Source: an uncultured Bacteroidales bacterium | GTDB lineage: Bacteria > Bacteroidota > Bacteroidia > Bacteroidales > S143-33 | Length of the DNA stretch: 50,340 bases | Direction: 5' to 3' | Assembly (NCBI GenBank): GCA_964637235.1 | Contig: CAZWVR010000003.1 | Coordinates: 1 to 50,340 of the forward strand | Shown here: piece after piece, positions 8,825 through 17,719 of the stretch | How positions within the stretch are numbered: the first letter of the stretch is position 1 | Layout: the number at the start of each line of letters is the position of its first letter | Notes under the pieces: generated by a model | What the model was told of the DNA's origin: nothing | The model's input: only the letters and a program-made list of their open reading frames with translations | Database searches by the model: none | Translations under genes and position numbers: made by a program

Positions 8825-9875
8825 TTCTGTATATTAAAAGTTTACTTTTTGGTAAATCTAAAATTTGTTTTGGTTTTTGTATAATTTTTGGGGCTTGTAC
8901 GCCTTTTATAAATGTTTTATAACCTATAAAAACTCTTGCTTCGTCCCAAAGATTTTTTTCAATAAAAGATGAAAGGAGTTTGCTGCCTCCTTCTACTATT
9001 ATAGACATAATCCCCAAGTTATAAATATATTTTAAAATTTCTTCTAAAAAATTTTTTTCAGATTGAATTTTGACGAAAGTGATATTTTTATTGATTTTAA
9101 AATTAATGTTTTTATTTGTGAAACATATAGTTTTAGCGCTATTGTCAAATATTTTGTAATTATTTTTATTTTTGACGAATTGTAGTTTTTTATCGATGAA
9201 CATTCTTAAAGGATTTTCGCCGTAAAATAGTCTTGCAGTTAGTTGCGGATTATCGTATTTAATAGTGTTTGTGCCGACTAATATAGCTTGTTCTTCTGTA
9301 CGCCATTTATGCACTAAAATTTTTTCATATTCACCAGTTATCCAGTTTGGGCCAATAGGAGTTTCAGGAGATCTTTCTATATCTATTAGACCGTCGAGGG
9401 TTTGCGCCCATTTTAGTATTATATATGGACGTTTTTTTTCGTGGAATGTAAAGAAGCGTTTATTTAGTTCTCGTGCTTGTTTTTCCAATATTCCGGTAAT
9501 AACTTCTATACCAGCGTTTTGTAATATTTTTATTCCTTTACCATTGACTTTTTCAGTGGTATCCTTTGTAGCTATAACTACTTTTGGGATTTTTAGTTGG
9601 GCTATTTTTTCGGCGCATGGAGGGGTTTTTCCCCAATGAGAGCATGGCTCAAGATTAACGTATAAAGTTGCTTTCCGTAATAGAGATTTATCTTTAACAG
9701 AATTTATTGCATTTATTTCTGCATGGGCTTCTCCTGCTTTTCTATGATATCCTTCTCCAAGTATTTTGTCTTTATAAACTATGACTGACCCAACAAGAGG
9801 ATTTGGATAAGTATTTCCCAAAGCGTTTTTTGCTAAATCTATTGCTCGTTGCATATAAAGTGTATGCTTATTCAT
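8781..9875 (-). CDS. ribD: Bifunctional riboflavin biosynthesis deaminase/reductase RibD
   Basis: Deaminase zinc motifs HAEINAI and PCSHWGKTPPC, with a reductase half in the C-terminus (ILKWAQTLDG, VEGGSKLLSSF). Its 3' end overlaps the downstream gene start by 44 nt. Confidence 0.93.
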   Translation of the reverse strand: MNKHTLYMQRAIDLAKNALGNTYPNPLVGSVIVYKDKILGEGYHRKAGEAHAEINAINSVKDKSLLRKATLYVNLEPCSHWGKTPPCAEKIAQLKIPKVVIATKDTTEKVNGKGIKILQNAGIEVITGILEKQARELNKRFFTFHEKKRPYIILKWAQTLDGLIDIERSPETPIGPNWITGEYEKILVHKWRTEEQAILVGTNTIKYDNPQLTARLFYGENPLRMFIDKKLQFVKNKNNYKIFDNSAKTICFTNKNINFKINKNITFVKIQSEKNFLEEILKYIYNLGIMSIIVEGGSKLLSSFIEKNLWDEARVFIGYKTFIKGVQAPKIIQKPKQILDLPKSKLLIYRNETYIPNSSNANPN

Positions 9876-9880
9876 TTTTA

Positions 9881-10966
9881 TTATTTTGGTGCAAATGGAT
9901 ATGTTAGTATTGCTATTATGCCAAAAATAATATTAGGCATCCATGCGGAAAGACCTGGCGGAAGTCCTCCTTTTGTTGCAAGTGAATCTGTTATTTGCAT
10001 AAAAAATATATATGCAAAACTTAATGCAAATCCTATACCGATGTTTAGTCCTGTACCTCCACGTCTTTTTTTGGCTGAAAGACTTACTCCTATAAATGTT
10101 AAAATAAAAGTAGAGAAAGGGAAAGCTATTCTTTTATGTTTTTCTAAAAGAAATTCGTTAATATGTTCATTACCATGAAGTTTTTGGTTTTCTATATATT
10201 TGTTTAGTTCAAAATAATTCATTGTACTTATGTCTATTTTTGTCTGTTTTATATCCTCAGGAGTTATCATTAGAGCTGTGTCTATTTTAAACCCATATAT
10301 TAGTGAATCTTTTTTGTATCCATAAAAACGGGTGTAATAGTTATTTAGTTGCCATTTCTTTTTATCTTTTTGCCATATCATATTGTCTGCAAATGTTTTG
10401 GAAATCAAATATTTACCTTTAAATTTTTCTAAGGTTATAATATGACCTATATCATTTCTTGTATCGTAAAATTTTATATAAAGGTATTCTCCGGGGCGGA
10501 TTTGTTTATGGATATTTCTTGTTTCTGGTGGTTCACGATAGTAAATGTATTTATTTTCAAAAGCTATACGAATTTTGTTAGAAGGTGGTATTATAAAATT
10601 GCCAAGTAAGAAAGATAATACTGCTATAACAAAAGCGCTAAACATATAAGGAAAAAGAAGCCTATTGAAGCTTATCCCACTACTTATCATTGCTATAATT
10701 TCGCTTTTTGCAGCCATTCGTGATGTGAAAAATATTATTGCTATAAATACAAACAAAAACAGAAATAGGTTGGTATAATACGGAATAAAATTTAAGTAGT
10801 ATTTAAAAAAAATTTCTTTGGCGGGAACTTTATGCTCAATAAAATCTCCCAATTTTTCTGAAAGATCAATGATTATAACTATGCTGATAATCAGTATGAT
10901 AGAAATAAAAAAAGTTGTCAAAAATTTTTTTATGATGTATCTATCTAATATTGTAAAAATTCTCAT
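9881..10966 (-). CDS. LptF/LptG-family LPS export permease (YjgP/YjgQ)
   Basis: 361 aa starting LDRYIIKKFLTTFF. It has three N-terminal TM helices, a periplasmic beta-rich middle and three C-terminal TM helices, as in LptF/G. Confidence 0.85.
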   Translation of the reverse strand: MRIFTILDRYIIKKFLTTFFISIILIISIVIIIDLSEKLGDFIEHKVPAKEIFFKYYLNFIPYYTNLFLFLFVFIAIIFFTSRMAAKSEIIAMISSGISFNRLLFPYMFSAFVIAVLSFLLGNFIIPPSNKIRIAFENKYIYYREPPETRNIHKQIRPGEYLYIKFYDTRNDIGHIITLEKFKGKYLISKTFADNMIWQKDKKKWQLNNYYTRFYGYKKDSLIYGFKIDTALMITPEDIKQTKIDISTMNYFELNKYIENQKLHGNEHINEFLLEKHKRIAFPFSTFILTFIGVSLSAKKRRGGTGLNIGIGFALSFAYIFFMQITDSLATKGGLPPGLSAWMPNIIFGIIAILTYPFAPK

Positions 10967-11107
10967 TTAGAAATTTTGTTTTTTTAGTCGTTTAGGCTAC
11001 AAATTTAAAAAAAATACACTTTTGAAATAATAGTCTGAAAATTATTATGTATAACTTTAGGTATATACATTTTATAGAGAAAAATTTTTTTGTTAGTATA
11101 AATTTTT

Positions 11108-11115
11108 TAGCTTTG
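11108..11115 (+). promoter_or_regulatory. Candidate Bacteroidota -7 promoter box TAGCTTTG (TAnnTTTG)
   Basis: Exact match to TAnnTTTG, ending 9 nt before the first riboswitch P1 nucleotide. A TTTG lies at 11089-11092, but its 15-nt spacing is shorter than the usual spacing as I recall it. Confidence 0.4.
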
Positions 11116-11124
11116 TATAGAATG

Positions 11125-11222
11125 AAACGGGGGTGCCCTAAAAATTACGGGCTGAGATTATACCCTTAGTACCGGGACAGGTAATGCTGACCCGGGAGTT
11201 TCGGCATAATCCCTCCGTTTCA
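11125..11222 (+). promoter_or_regulatory. TPP (thiamine pyrophosphate, THI-box) riboswitch
   Basis: P1 pairs aaacgg-ggg with ccc-t-ccgttt. Conserved elements are gggtgc, gctgaga, taccc and ggtaatgc. It is a GC-rich island in AT-rich DNA, 35 nt upstream of the receptor ATG. Confidence 0.8.
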
Positions 11223-11256
11223 GTATCATTTATTTGTAAATCTAAAACTTTAAGTT

Positions 11257-13644
11257 ATGAAAAGAGGGATTTTTTTGTTAATCTTTCTGTTTTTTGGGGT
11301 TATGTCCTATGGGCGTACTTTTTTTGTTGAAGGGAAGGTTTATGACAATTTTGGGCAGCCAGTATCTTATGCTTCTGTAAGTCTCAAAGGTACTAATTTT
11401 AAGACACTTACAGATGAGTATGGTTATTTTAAATTTGATGGAGTGCCTGAGGGTACCTATGTGCTGAATGTTGTTTCAGTAGGTTTTAAAGAGTATTCAA
11501 AGAAAATTTTAATAGAGAATGATTTGCGTTTGGAAATAAGGTTGGAGCCAGATCAAAGTACTGAGCTGGATAATGTTATTGTGAAAGCTACAAGAGCTGA
11601 TATTACTACTCCCGTGGCTTATACTGATATCCCAAAGCCATTGATAACCAGGAGTAATCTTGGGCAGGATGTACCTTTTGTGCTTAAACTCGCTCCTTCT
11701 ATTACAGTCTCCTCTGATGCCGGTACTGGTATAGGGTATACACAATTGTGGATACGTGGTACAGATCCAACCAGGATAAATATTACCTTAAATGGTGTTC
11801 CTCTCAATGATGCAGAGTCTCATGGTGTTTGGTGGGTAGATATACCAGATTTCCTGTCTTCTGTCGAAAATATTCAAATACAAAGAGGAGTAGGTACTTC
11901 TACAAATGGTGCTGCTGCTTTTGGTGCTTCCATAAACTTAAAAACTACTAAGATTTACAGAAAACCTTATGCTGAGCTTGCCACCACTTTTGGATCTTTT
12001 AATACTTTGAAAAATACCATTAAATTGGGAACTGGAATTATAAATAAACATTTTTCTTTTGATGTAAGACTCTCCAAAATTCATTCAGACGGTTATATTG
12101 ACAGAGCTTGGGCAAACTTAAAGTCGTTTTATATTTCTGGCGCTTATATAGCAAATAAAACTTTATTAAGAGCTATCTTATTTTCTGGCTTGGAAGAGAC
12201 CTATCAAGCTTGGTATGGAGTTCCCAAAGAATACTTGGATACCAATAGAACATATAACCCCTATACTTATGATAATGAGATTGACCATTATGGACAAACT
12301 CATTTTCAGTTTTTTATAGTTCATAAATTCAATGAAAATTTTAAGATAGAAACTGCCTTGCATTATACCAAAGGTGCTGGTTATTATGAACAATATAAAA
12401 ATAATAGAAAGCTTTCAGATTATAAAATAGAACCTTTTGTCTTTGGCGAAGATACTATATTTAAAACAGATTTAATACAACGGAAATGGTTAGATAATGA
12501 TTTTTATGGTGTTGTAGCTTCTGCTTTTTATAAAAATGGTATATATAGCTCTGTTATTGGTGGCGCATGGAATAAATATTATGGTTTGCATTTTGGTAGA
12601 ATTCTCTGGCTTAAATATAATGCAGGTGTTCCTATTCGTTATCAATGGTATAATAGTGACGGTTTGAAATATGATTTTAATATATTTTGGAAACAAAACT
12701 TGACAATAGGAAAATTTAATGCTTTTATAGATATACAATACAGAAAAATTAACTACAAAATTACAGGCATTGACGATGATCTAAGAGATATAGGACAGGT
12801 TCATAATTATAACTTCTTTAATCCGAAAGCTGGTATGATATTTAATATCAATGAGTTCCAGAATTTATATGCAACCTTTGGTGTAGCTAATAGAGAACCT
12901 AAAAGAAGTGATTTTACAGATGCTCCTATGGATAAAATACCTAAGCCTGAAACATTATTTGATTATGAGTTGGGCTATAAATTAAATACGCCGGATATAT
13001 TTTTCAATTTGAACTTATATTATATGGACTATAAAAATCAATTAGTTATAACTGGCGAAATTAACGACGTGGGGACCCCTATTATGGTTAATGTACCACA
13101 TAGTTTTAGAGAAGGGATAGAATTAGTTTGGGGATTTAAGCCTGTGAAGTTTATAAATTGGAATGCAAATCTTACATTAAGTCGAAATAAAATTTTGAAT
13201 TTTACAGCTTATATTGATAATTGGGATTATTGGGATGACCCGGCACATCAACCTTTGCAATATACTGAGTATTACCCAATTACGGATATATCTTTTTCTC
13301 CGTCTATTATAGCTGCAAGTATGCTTAGTTTTAATATTTTTAAGGGTTTCTCAGTTGATTTGAATTCTAAATATGTTTCTCGTCAATATATTGATAATAC
13401 TTCTAATAAAGAGAGAAGTTTAGATCCGTATTTTGTAAATGACCTTCGTTTTTATTATCATTTTAGTTTGAAGCCTTTTAGTTCCATACAGTTTAATTTC
13501 CAGATTAACAATATCTTAGATGAAAAATATGAGACTTTTGCTTGGGTGTATCGTTATTATTATGGCGGTAAAGAGTATGAGATGAATGGTTATTTCCCAC
13601 AAGCAGGACGTAATTATTTATTAGGTATTGATATTGCTTTTTGA
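11257..13644 (+). CDS. TonB-dependent outer-membrane receptor with N-terminal carboxypeptidase-regulatory-like domain (likely thiamine-related uptake)
   Basis: Signal peptide, then a CarbopepD_reg-like segment (GKVYDNFGQPVSYASVSLKG..GTYVLNVVSVGF). The plug region contains IQIQRGVGTSTNGAAAFGASINL, and the C-terminus ends in an aromatic residue (..GIDIAF). Confidence 0.9.
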   Translation: MKRGIFLLIFLFFGVMSYGRTFFVEGKVYDNFGQPVSYASVSLKGTNFKTLTDEYGYFKFDGVPEGTYVLNVVSVGFKEYSKKILIENDLRLEIRLEPDQSTELDNVIVKATRADITTPVAYTDIPKPLITRSNLGQDVPFVLKLAPSITVSSDAGTGIGYTQLWIRGTDPTRINITLNGVPLNDAESHGVWWVDIPDFLSSVENIQIQRGVGTSTNGAAAFGASINLKTTKIYRKPYAELATTFGSFNTLKNTIKLGTGIINKHFSFDVRLSKIHSDGYIDRAWANLKSFYISGAYIANKTLLRAILFSGLEETYQAWYGVPKEYLDTNRTYNPYTYDNEIDHYGQTHFQFFIVHKFNENFKIETALHYTKGAGYYEQYKNNRKLSDYKIEPFVFGEDTIFKTDLIQRKWLDNDFYGVVASAFYKNGIYSSVIGGAWNKYYGLHFGRILWLKYNAGVPIRYQWYNSDGLKYDFNIFWKQNLTIGKFNAFIDIQYRKINYKITGIDDDLRDIGQVHNYNFFNPKAGMIFNINEFQNLYATFGVANREPKRSDFTDAPMDKIPKPETLFDYELGYKLNTPDIFFNLNLYYMDYKNQLVITGEINDVGTPIMVNVPHSFREGIELVWGFKPVKFINWNANLTLSRNKILNFTAYIDNWDYWDDPAHQPLQYTEYYPITDISFSPSIIAASMLSFNIFKGFSVDLNSKYVSRQYIDNTSNKERSLDPYFVNDLRFYYHFSLKPFSSIQFNFQINNILDEKYETFAWVYRYYYGGKEYEMNGYFPQAGRNYLLGIDIAF

Positions 13645-13665
13645 TAATTTAAGCGGAGATATCTG

Positions 13666-13690
13666 CCCCGGGCTTATGCTCGGGGTTTTT
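13666..13690 (+). terminator. Rho-independent terminator of the TonB-dependent receptor gene
   Basis: ccccgggc-ttat-gctcgggg (8 bp with one G-U) followed by ttttt, 22 nt after the stop. Confidence 0.75.
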
Positions 13691-13918
13691 AATCCCTAAT
13701 ATCGCGATTTTAGAAATCCTTAAATCTTTGATTGACAGGGAATTGCTGTCTTTTTTATTGTCTATTTTTAGGTAATAAGAATTGGAGGCTAACTTTCTAA
13801 TTTTCAATCTATAATCCTTTCTCTATTATCTCAAAGTATGGAGGCAGGGTTTAATGTATTGATTTACTGATAGTTATACTGTTGTATTTTGGTTAGTACT
13901 AAAAGTATAATTGGTTTA

Positions 13919-14911
13919 TTAGCTATAAAGTTTTTTTAAAAAATTATAAGCTTCTGTAATCTTTTTGTATTTTTCTGCTGCTTCTTTTTGTTTTTTAGTA
14001 TCTTGGTTGTATCTATCTGGGTGGTATTTTAATGAAAGTTTATAAAAAGCCTTTTGTATTTTTTTTAAATCATCGGTTTGTTCTATTCCGAGTATATTGA
14101 AATATTCGGCAATAGTTGTCATTTTGTAGTTTTTATGAGCTTGTTTTTCTTGTTTTTTATTTTCTTGGTATTTTTTAAAACTGTTATAATAATCTATAAT
14201 TTTTTTTGTTAAGATTTTTGCCTCGTCTTTATTGATTCTTAGGTAATCGGCTATATTTTTTATTTTTTCAGAGAATTCAAATTTTTCTTTACCATAAAAA
14301 GAAAATTCTGTACAAAGTAAGAAAAGTAAGCGTCTTTGTTTGGAATTTAGTTTTTTTATATGTTTCAAGTGCTTTGTTTCATCTATTTCTAACTCATTAT
14401 TATTTTTTGCTTGGATTATTTTTTCAGCAGTTTTAGAGCCATATATAATAATTAAAGTTTGGAATAAAAATTTATTAGTTATTGTCTCATTTGATTGCTC
14501 ATTTTTGAAAGTTTCGCATATTGATAGCAGATAATAGGCGAATATTCCGTATTCTCTAATAAATTTTGGCATAAAAAATTTGTGGTATTCTACAAATAGT
14601 AAAATTAGGAGTGATATAATGCCCAAGTATAGTAGATTTGGAGCTTCTATTATCAGTATTGTACTTATTATTAGACTGAGTAGTATTAAAATATCGCGTA
14701 TTGTGTTTAAGTCTTTTTGTTGTTGTATATGTTTGTGAATGATTTGATCACGAGTTTTATTTATTGAGAAGTGAGGGCAGTATAATAGAAAAAAAGGTTT
14801 TTCATTTTTATAGGTGCAATATAAGCCTTTTCTGCGTATTCTTTGAGCATATTTGCAGCTATAACATAGGCGGCGGTGGAATATAATAAACCAGTTTCTG
14901 TAATATTGCAC
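13919..14911 (-). CDS. Membrane J-domain protein (DjlA-like architecture) with Cys-rich N-terminus
   Basis: C-terminal J domain with HPD (LSLKYHPDRYNQD..YKKITEAYNFLKK), two central hydrophobic helices, and N-terminal CYSC..YC..YCPH. The only in-frame start near the 5' end is a GTG at 14911. Confidence 0.75.
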   Translation of the reverse strand: MQYYRNWFIIFHRRLCYSCKYAQRIRRKGLYCTYKNEKPFFLLYCPHFSINKTRDQIIHKHIQQQKDLNTIRDILILLSLIISTILIIEAPNLLYLGIISLLILLFVEYHKFFMPKFIREYGIFAYYLLSICETFKNEQSNETITNKFLFQTLIIIYGSKTAEKIIQAKNNNELEIDETKHLKHIKKLNSKQRRLLFLLCTEFSFYGKEKFEFSEKIKNIADYLRINKDEAKILTKKIIDYYNSFKKYQENKKQEKQAHKNYKMTTIAEYFNILGIEQTDDLKKIQKAFYKLSLKYHPDRYNQDTKKQKEAAEKYKKITEAYNFLKKLYS

Positions 14912-14947
14912 TTTACCAAAAAGTTTAGCGAATTTTATGGTAGTTAT

Positions 14948-15055
14948 AGAAAGGGGTGACCAAGAAAGGTAAGTTGTTTTAATATACTAATTATCAGTGT
15001 TTAATGATGTCTAAAATATTTTTTGAATTAATGTAATTTATAGTCACCCCTTTCT
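14948..15055. repeat. Long-range 13-bp perfect inverted repeat (agaaaggggtgac / gtcacccctttct)
   Basis: The arms lie at 14948-14960 and 15043-15055 with an 82-nt AT-rich spacer. It fills most of the pckA to J-protein intergenic region. Confidence 0.8.
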
Positions 15056-15060
15056 TGTTA

Positions 15061-16680
15061 TTAAAGTTGAGGACCTACTTTTGCAAGTTTTTTTCCTTCT
15101 TCGTTATCCATAAATTGTTTAAAGTTTTCAATGAATTTTTCAGCAAGTTCTATACGCATTTTATCGTAAGCATCTTTATCTTCCCATGTGTTTCTCGGGT
15201 TTAAGATTTTGGGGTCAATTCCGGGAATTTCCTTAGGAATAGCTAAATTAAATACATCAAAGTTTTCATATTCAACGTTTAGAAGTGTTCCATCGAGGAT
15301 TGCGTCAATAATTTTACGGGTAATAGGTAAATCCATTCGTTTACCTACTCCATAAGGACCGCCTGTCCATCCGGTATTTACGAGCCAAGCTTGTGAGTTA
15401 TGCTCTTCCATTTTTTTGACGAGGACTTCTGCATATACAGTGGGATGTAGCAGTAAGAAAGCGGCACCAAATGCAGCTGAGAATGTTGGTACAGGTTCCT
15501 TAATGCCTCGTTCTGTACCGGCGACTTTTGCTGTATAACCGTTCAAGAAATAGTATTTAGTTTGTTCTTTTGTTAGTTTAGCTACTGGCGGTAGTACTCC
15601 GAATGCATCAGCAGTAAGGAAAATTACATTTTTGGGGTGTCCTCCTTTTGATGGGATTACAGCATTAGGAATGTGGTATATAGGATATGAAACTCGTGTG
15701 TTTTCTGTTTTTGAGCTATCGGAGAAGTCAACTTTACCGTTTTCGTCAACAACTACATTTTCTAAGAGAGCATTTCTTTTGATAGCGTTGTATATCATTG
15801 GTTCTTTTTCAGGATCTAAGTTAATGACCTTGGCGTAGCAGCCGCCTTCAAAGTTAAATACGCCATCGTCGTCCCAACCGTGTTCGTCGTCGCCAATGAG
15901 TTTACGTTTCGGATCGGCTGAAAGGGTAGTTTTTCCTGTACCTGAGAGGCCAAAGAATATAGCAGTATCACCTTTTTCTCCCATATTTGCTGAGCAGTGC
16001 ATAGAAGCGATACCTTTTAGAGGTAGGTAATAGTTCATAATTGAGAAAAATCCTTTTTTGATTTCGCCGCCGTACCATGTTCCGCCTATTGCAGCGCGTC
16101 CTTCTTTGAGGTTAAATACGACATAAACTTCGCTGTTCAGTCCATGCTCTTGCCATTTAGGGTCAGTAGTTTTCGGAGCATGTAGCATTACAAAGTCTGG
16201 TTCAAAATCTTTTAGTTCTTCTTCTGTTGGGCGGATAAACATATTTTTTACAAAATGTGCAGCCCAAGCAATATTTGTAATTACTCTTATTTTTAGGCGT
16301 GTATCTTCGTTAGCCCCGGCAAAGGCGTCCATTACGTATAGTTTTTTGGAGCCAGATAGGGCTTTTGCAGAGTTTTGCCATAAATCTTGCCAAACTTGCT
16401 CTGATATAGGTTTATTATCGGAGCTTGTTCTTTGTTCATTGCGCCACCATATATTATGCTCTGATGTAGGTTCTTTTACTATATATTTATCTTTTGGCGA
16501 GCGTCCTGTAAATATGCCTGTATCTACTGCTACTGCACCGAACTCAGTGACTACGCCTTTTTCGTAGCCTTCATTAGAGGGATCTGTTTCGTGTTCAAAA
16601 AGTAAATCGTAAGATGGATTGTAGTAAACTTCATTTACTGAAGTTATTCCATACTGGGATAAATCGATTTGTTTGTCCAT
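15061..16680 (-). CDS. pckA: Phosphoenolpyruvate carboxykinase (ATP)
   Basis: Kinase-1a motif [13 protein letters not shown], plus IGDDEHGW and GGCYAK. At 539 aa it is the typical length. Confidence 0.95.
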   Translation of the reverse strand: MDKQIDLSQYGITSVNEVYYNPSYDLLFEHETDPSNEGYEKGVVTEFGAVAVDTGIFTGRSPKDKYIVKEPTSEHNIWWRNEQRTSSDNKPISEQVWQDLWQNSAKALSGSKKLYVMDAFAGANEDTRLKIRVITNIAWAAHFVKNMFIRPTEEELKDFEPDFVMLHAPKTTDPKWQEHGLNSEVYVVFNLKEGRAAIGGTWYGGEIKKGFFSIMNYYLPLKGIASMHCSANMGEKGDTAIFFGLSGTGKTTLSADPKRKLIGDDEHGWDDDGVFNFEGGCYAKVINLDPEKEPMIYNAIKRNALLENVVVDENGKVDFSDSSKTENTRVSYPIYHIPNAVIPSKGGHPKNVIFLTADAFGVLPPVAKLTKEQTKYYFLNGYTAKVAGTERGIKEPVPTFSAAFGAAFLLLHPTVYAEVLVKKMEEHNSQAWLVNTGWTGGPYGVGKRMDLPITRKIIDAILDGTLLNVEYENFDVFNLAIPKEIPGIDPKILNPRNTWEDKDAYDKMRIELAEKFIENFKQFMDNEEGKKLAKVGPQL

Positions 16681-16829
16681 AATTTTAAAAATTTTAGCAG
16701 TTTACTTTCAAAAAAAGTAAAAAATACTATTTTAAGGAAGCAAATTATTCTATTAGAGAAAATAGATAAAAATGTTTTTTAAAGCTATTTTTTGTTTTGC
16801 AGAATTATATCTGCTGTAATTTTGACCAA

Positions 16830-17624
16830 TTATTTTTTTCTGAACATATCTGTTTTATTATCGTAGTTAATGAAATATGTACCTGGCTCTAAATCAGACA
16901 CATCTATTTTATAGCCATATCCTTTCTTTTTTAGACGACCATAGTAGTCATATATTTCATAGTCAGTAGGTACAGAAAAGGTGATATATTTACCTACTCT
17001 TTCGTTTTTGCCAGGTTTCATTCTTACAGGAGGTTCTGGATTATTGTATTTTACTTCCGGTGAGTATCGAGGTTTTTTAGTATAATCAATTTGTTTAACT
17101 CTGAATATATTTAATCCACTTGTAAAATGCACATTTACAGTATATGTATGATAACCTTGTGTTCCTTTACCTTTTACTGTGGCTATTGGTACCCATTTAT
17201 TCCATTTATATTGTTCTACGATAAATGGTAGTGAGCCTATTTCTCCTGAGGTAATCCAGATTAGTTTGCCGCTTTTATCAACTTTTATACTTTCAATATT
17301 GAATGTACTTTTTGGTTGTAATACTTCTGGGTTCAGGACTTTTGGGGTGCAACCGTCATGGTAATATATATCTACTACAACTTTATCGCCGAGTTTAAAG
17401 TTATATACGGAAAGGTCAATTTCAAAGGCACTTGAATTTATTTCATCAGTAGTTATTTGGCCATTTACTTTTACTTCATAGATGCAAAATCCTACACCTG
17501 TGGGTGAAAAGGGATTTAGTATATATAAATTATCTCCTTGGTATATTCCTTCTAAATGAATAACACCTGCTTTTAGTCCGATATAGGAAAAGATGAATGC
17601 AAATAGCAATAGTCTTGACTTCAT
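16830..17624 (-). CDS. Secreted protein of unknown function with a probable T9SS C-terminal sorting domain
   Basis: Signal peptide MKSRLLLFAFIFSYIGLKAG. The C-terminal ~55 aa (YEIYDYYGRLKKKGYGYKIDVSDLEPGTYFINYDNKTDMFRKK) fit the Por-secretion-tail pattern. Confidence 0.65.
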   Translation of the reverse strand: MKSRLLLFAFIFSYIGLKAGVIHLEGIYQGDNLYILNPFSPTGVGFCIYEVKVNGQITTDEINSSAFEIDLSVYNFKLGDKVVVDIYYHDGCTPKVLNPEVLQPKSTFNIESIKVDKSGKLIWITSGEIGSLPFIVEQYKWNKWVPIATVKGKGTQGYHTYTVNVHFTSGLNIFRVKQIDYTKKPRYSPEVKYNNPEPPVRMKPGKNERVGKYITFSVPTDYEIYDYYGRLKKKGYGYKIDVSDLEPGTYFINYDNKTDMFRKK

Positions 17625-17719
17625 TGTATTTTACTGATTTATAGGCAATTAAATTAAATAAAGATAGTTTTAAAATTTAGATACAAAGTTAATTTTTTTT
17701 AATCTTAAATCAAAAATAA

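Noticed and set aside
13734-13756. A second hairpin plus T-run (gacag-ggaattg-ctgtc-tttttt) 45 nt after the receptor terminator, which could mark a tiny independent transcript.
   Set aside because: The stem is only 5 bp and I found no convincing promoter in between. It is too weak to call.
15004-15036. A 10-codon mini-ORF (MMSKIFFELM) within the spacer of the 14948-15055 inverted repeat.
   Set aside because: There is no ribosome-binding context, it lies on the strand opposite to the flanking genes, and its length is trivially expected by chance.
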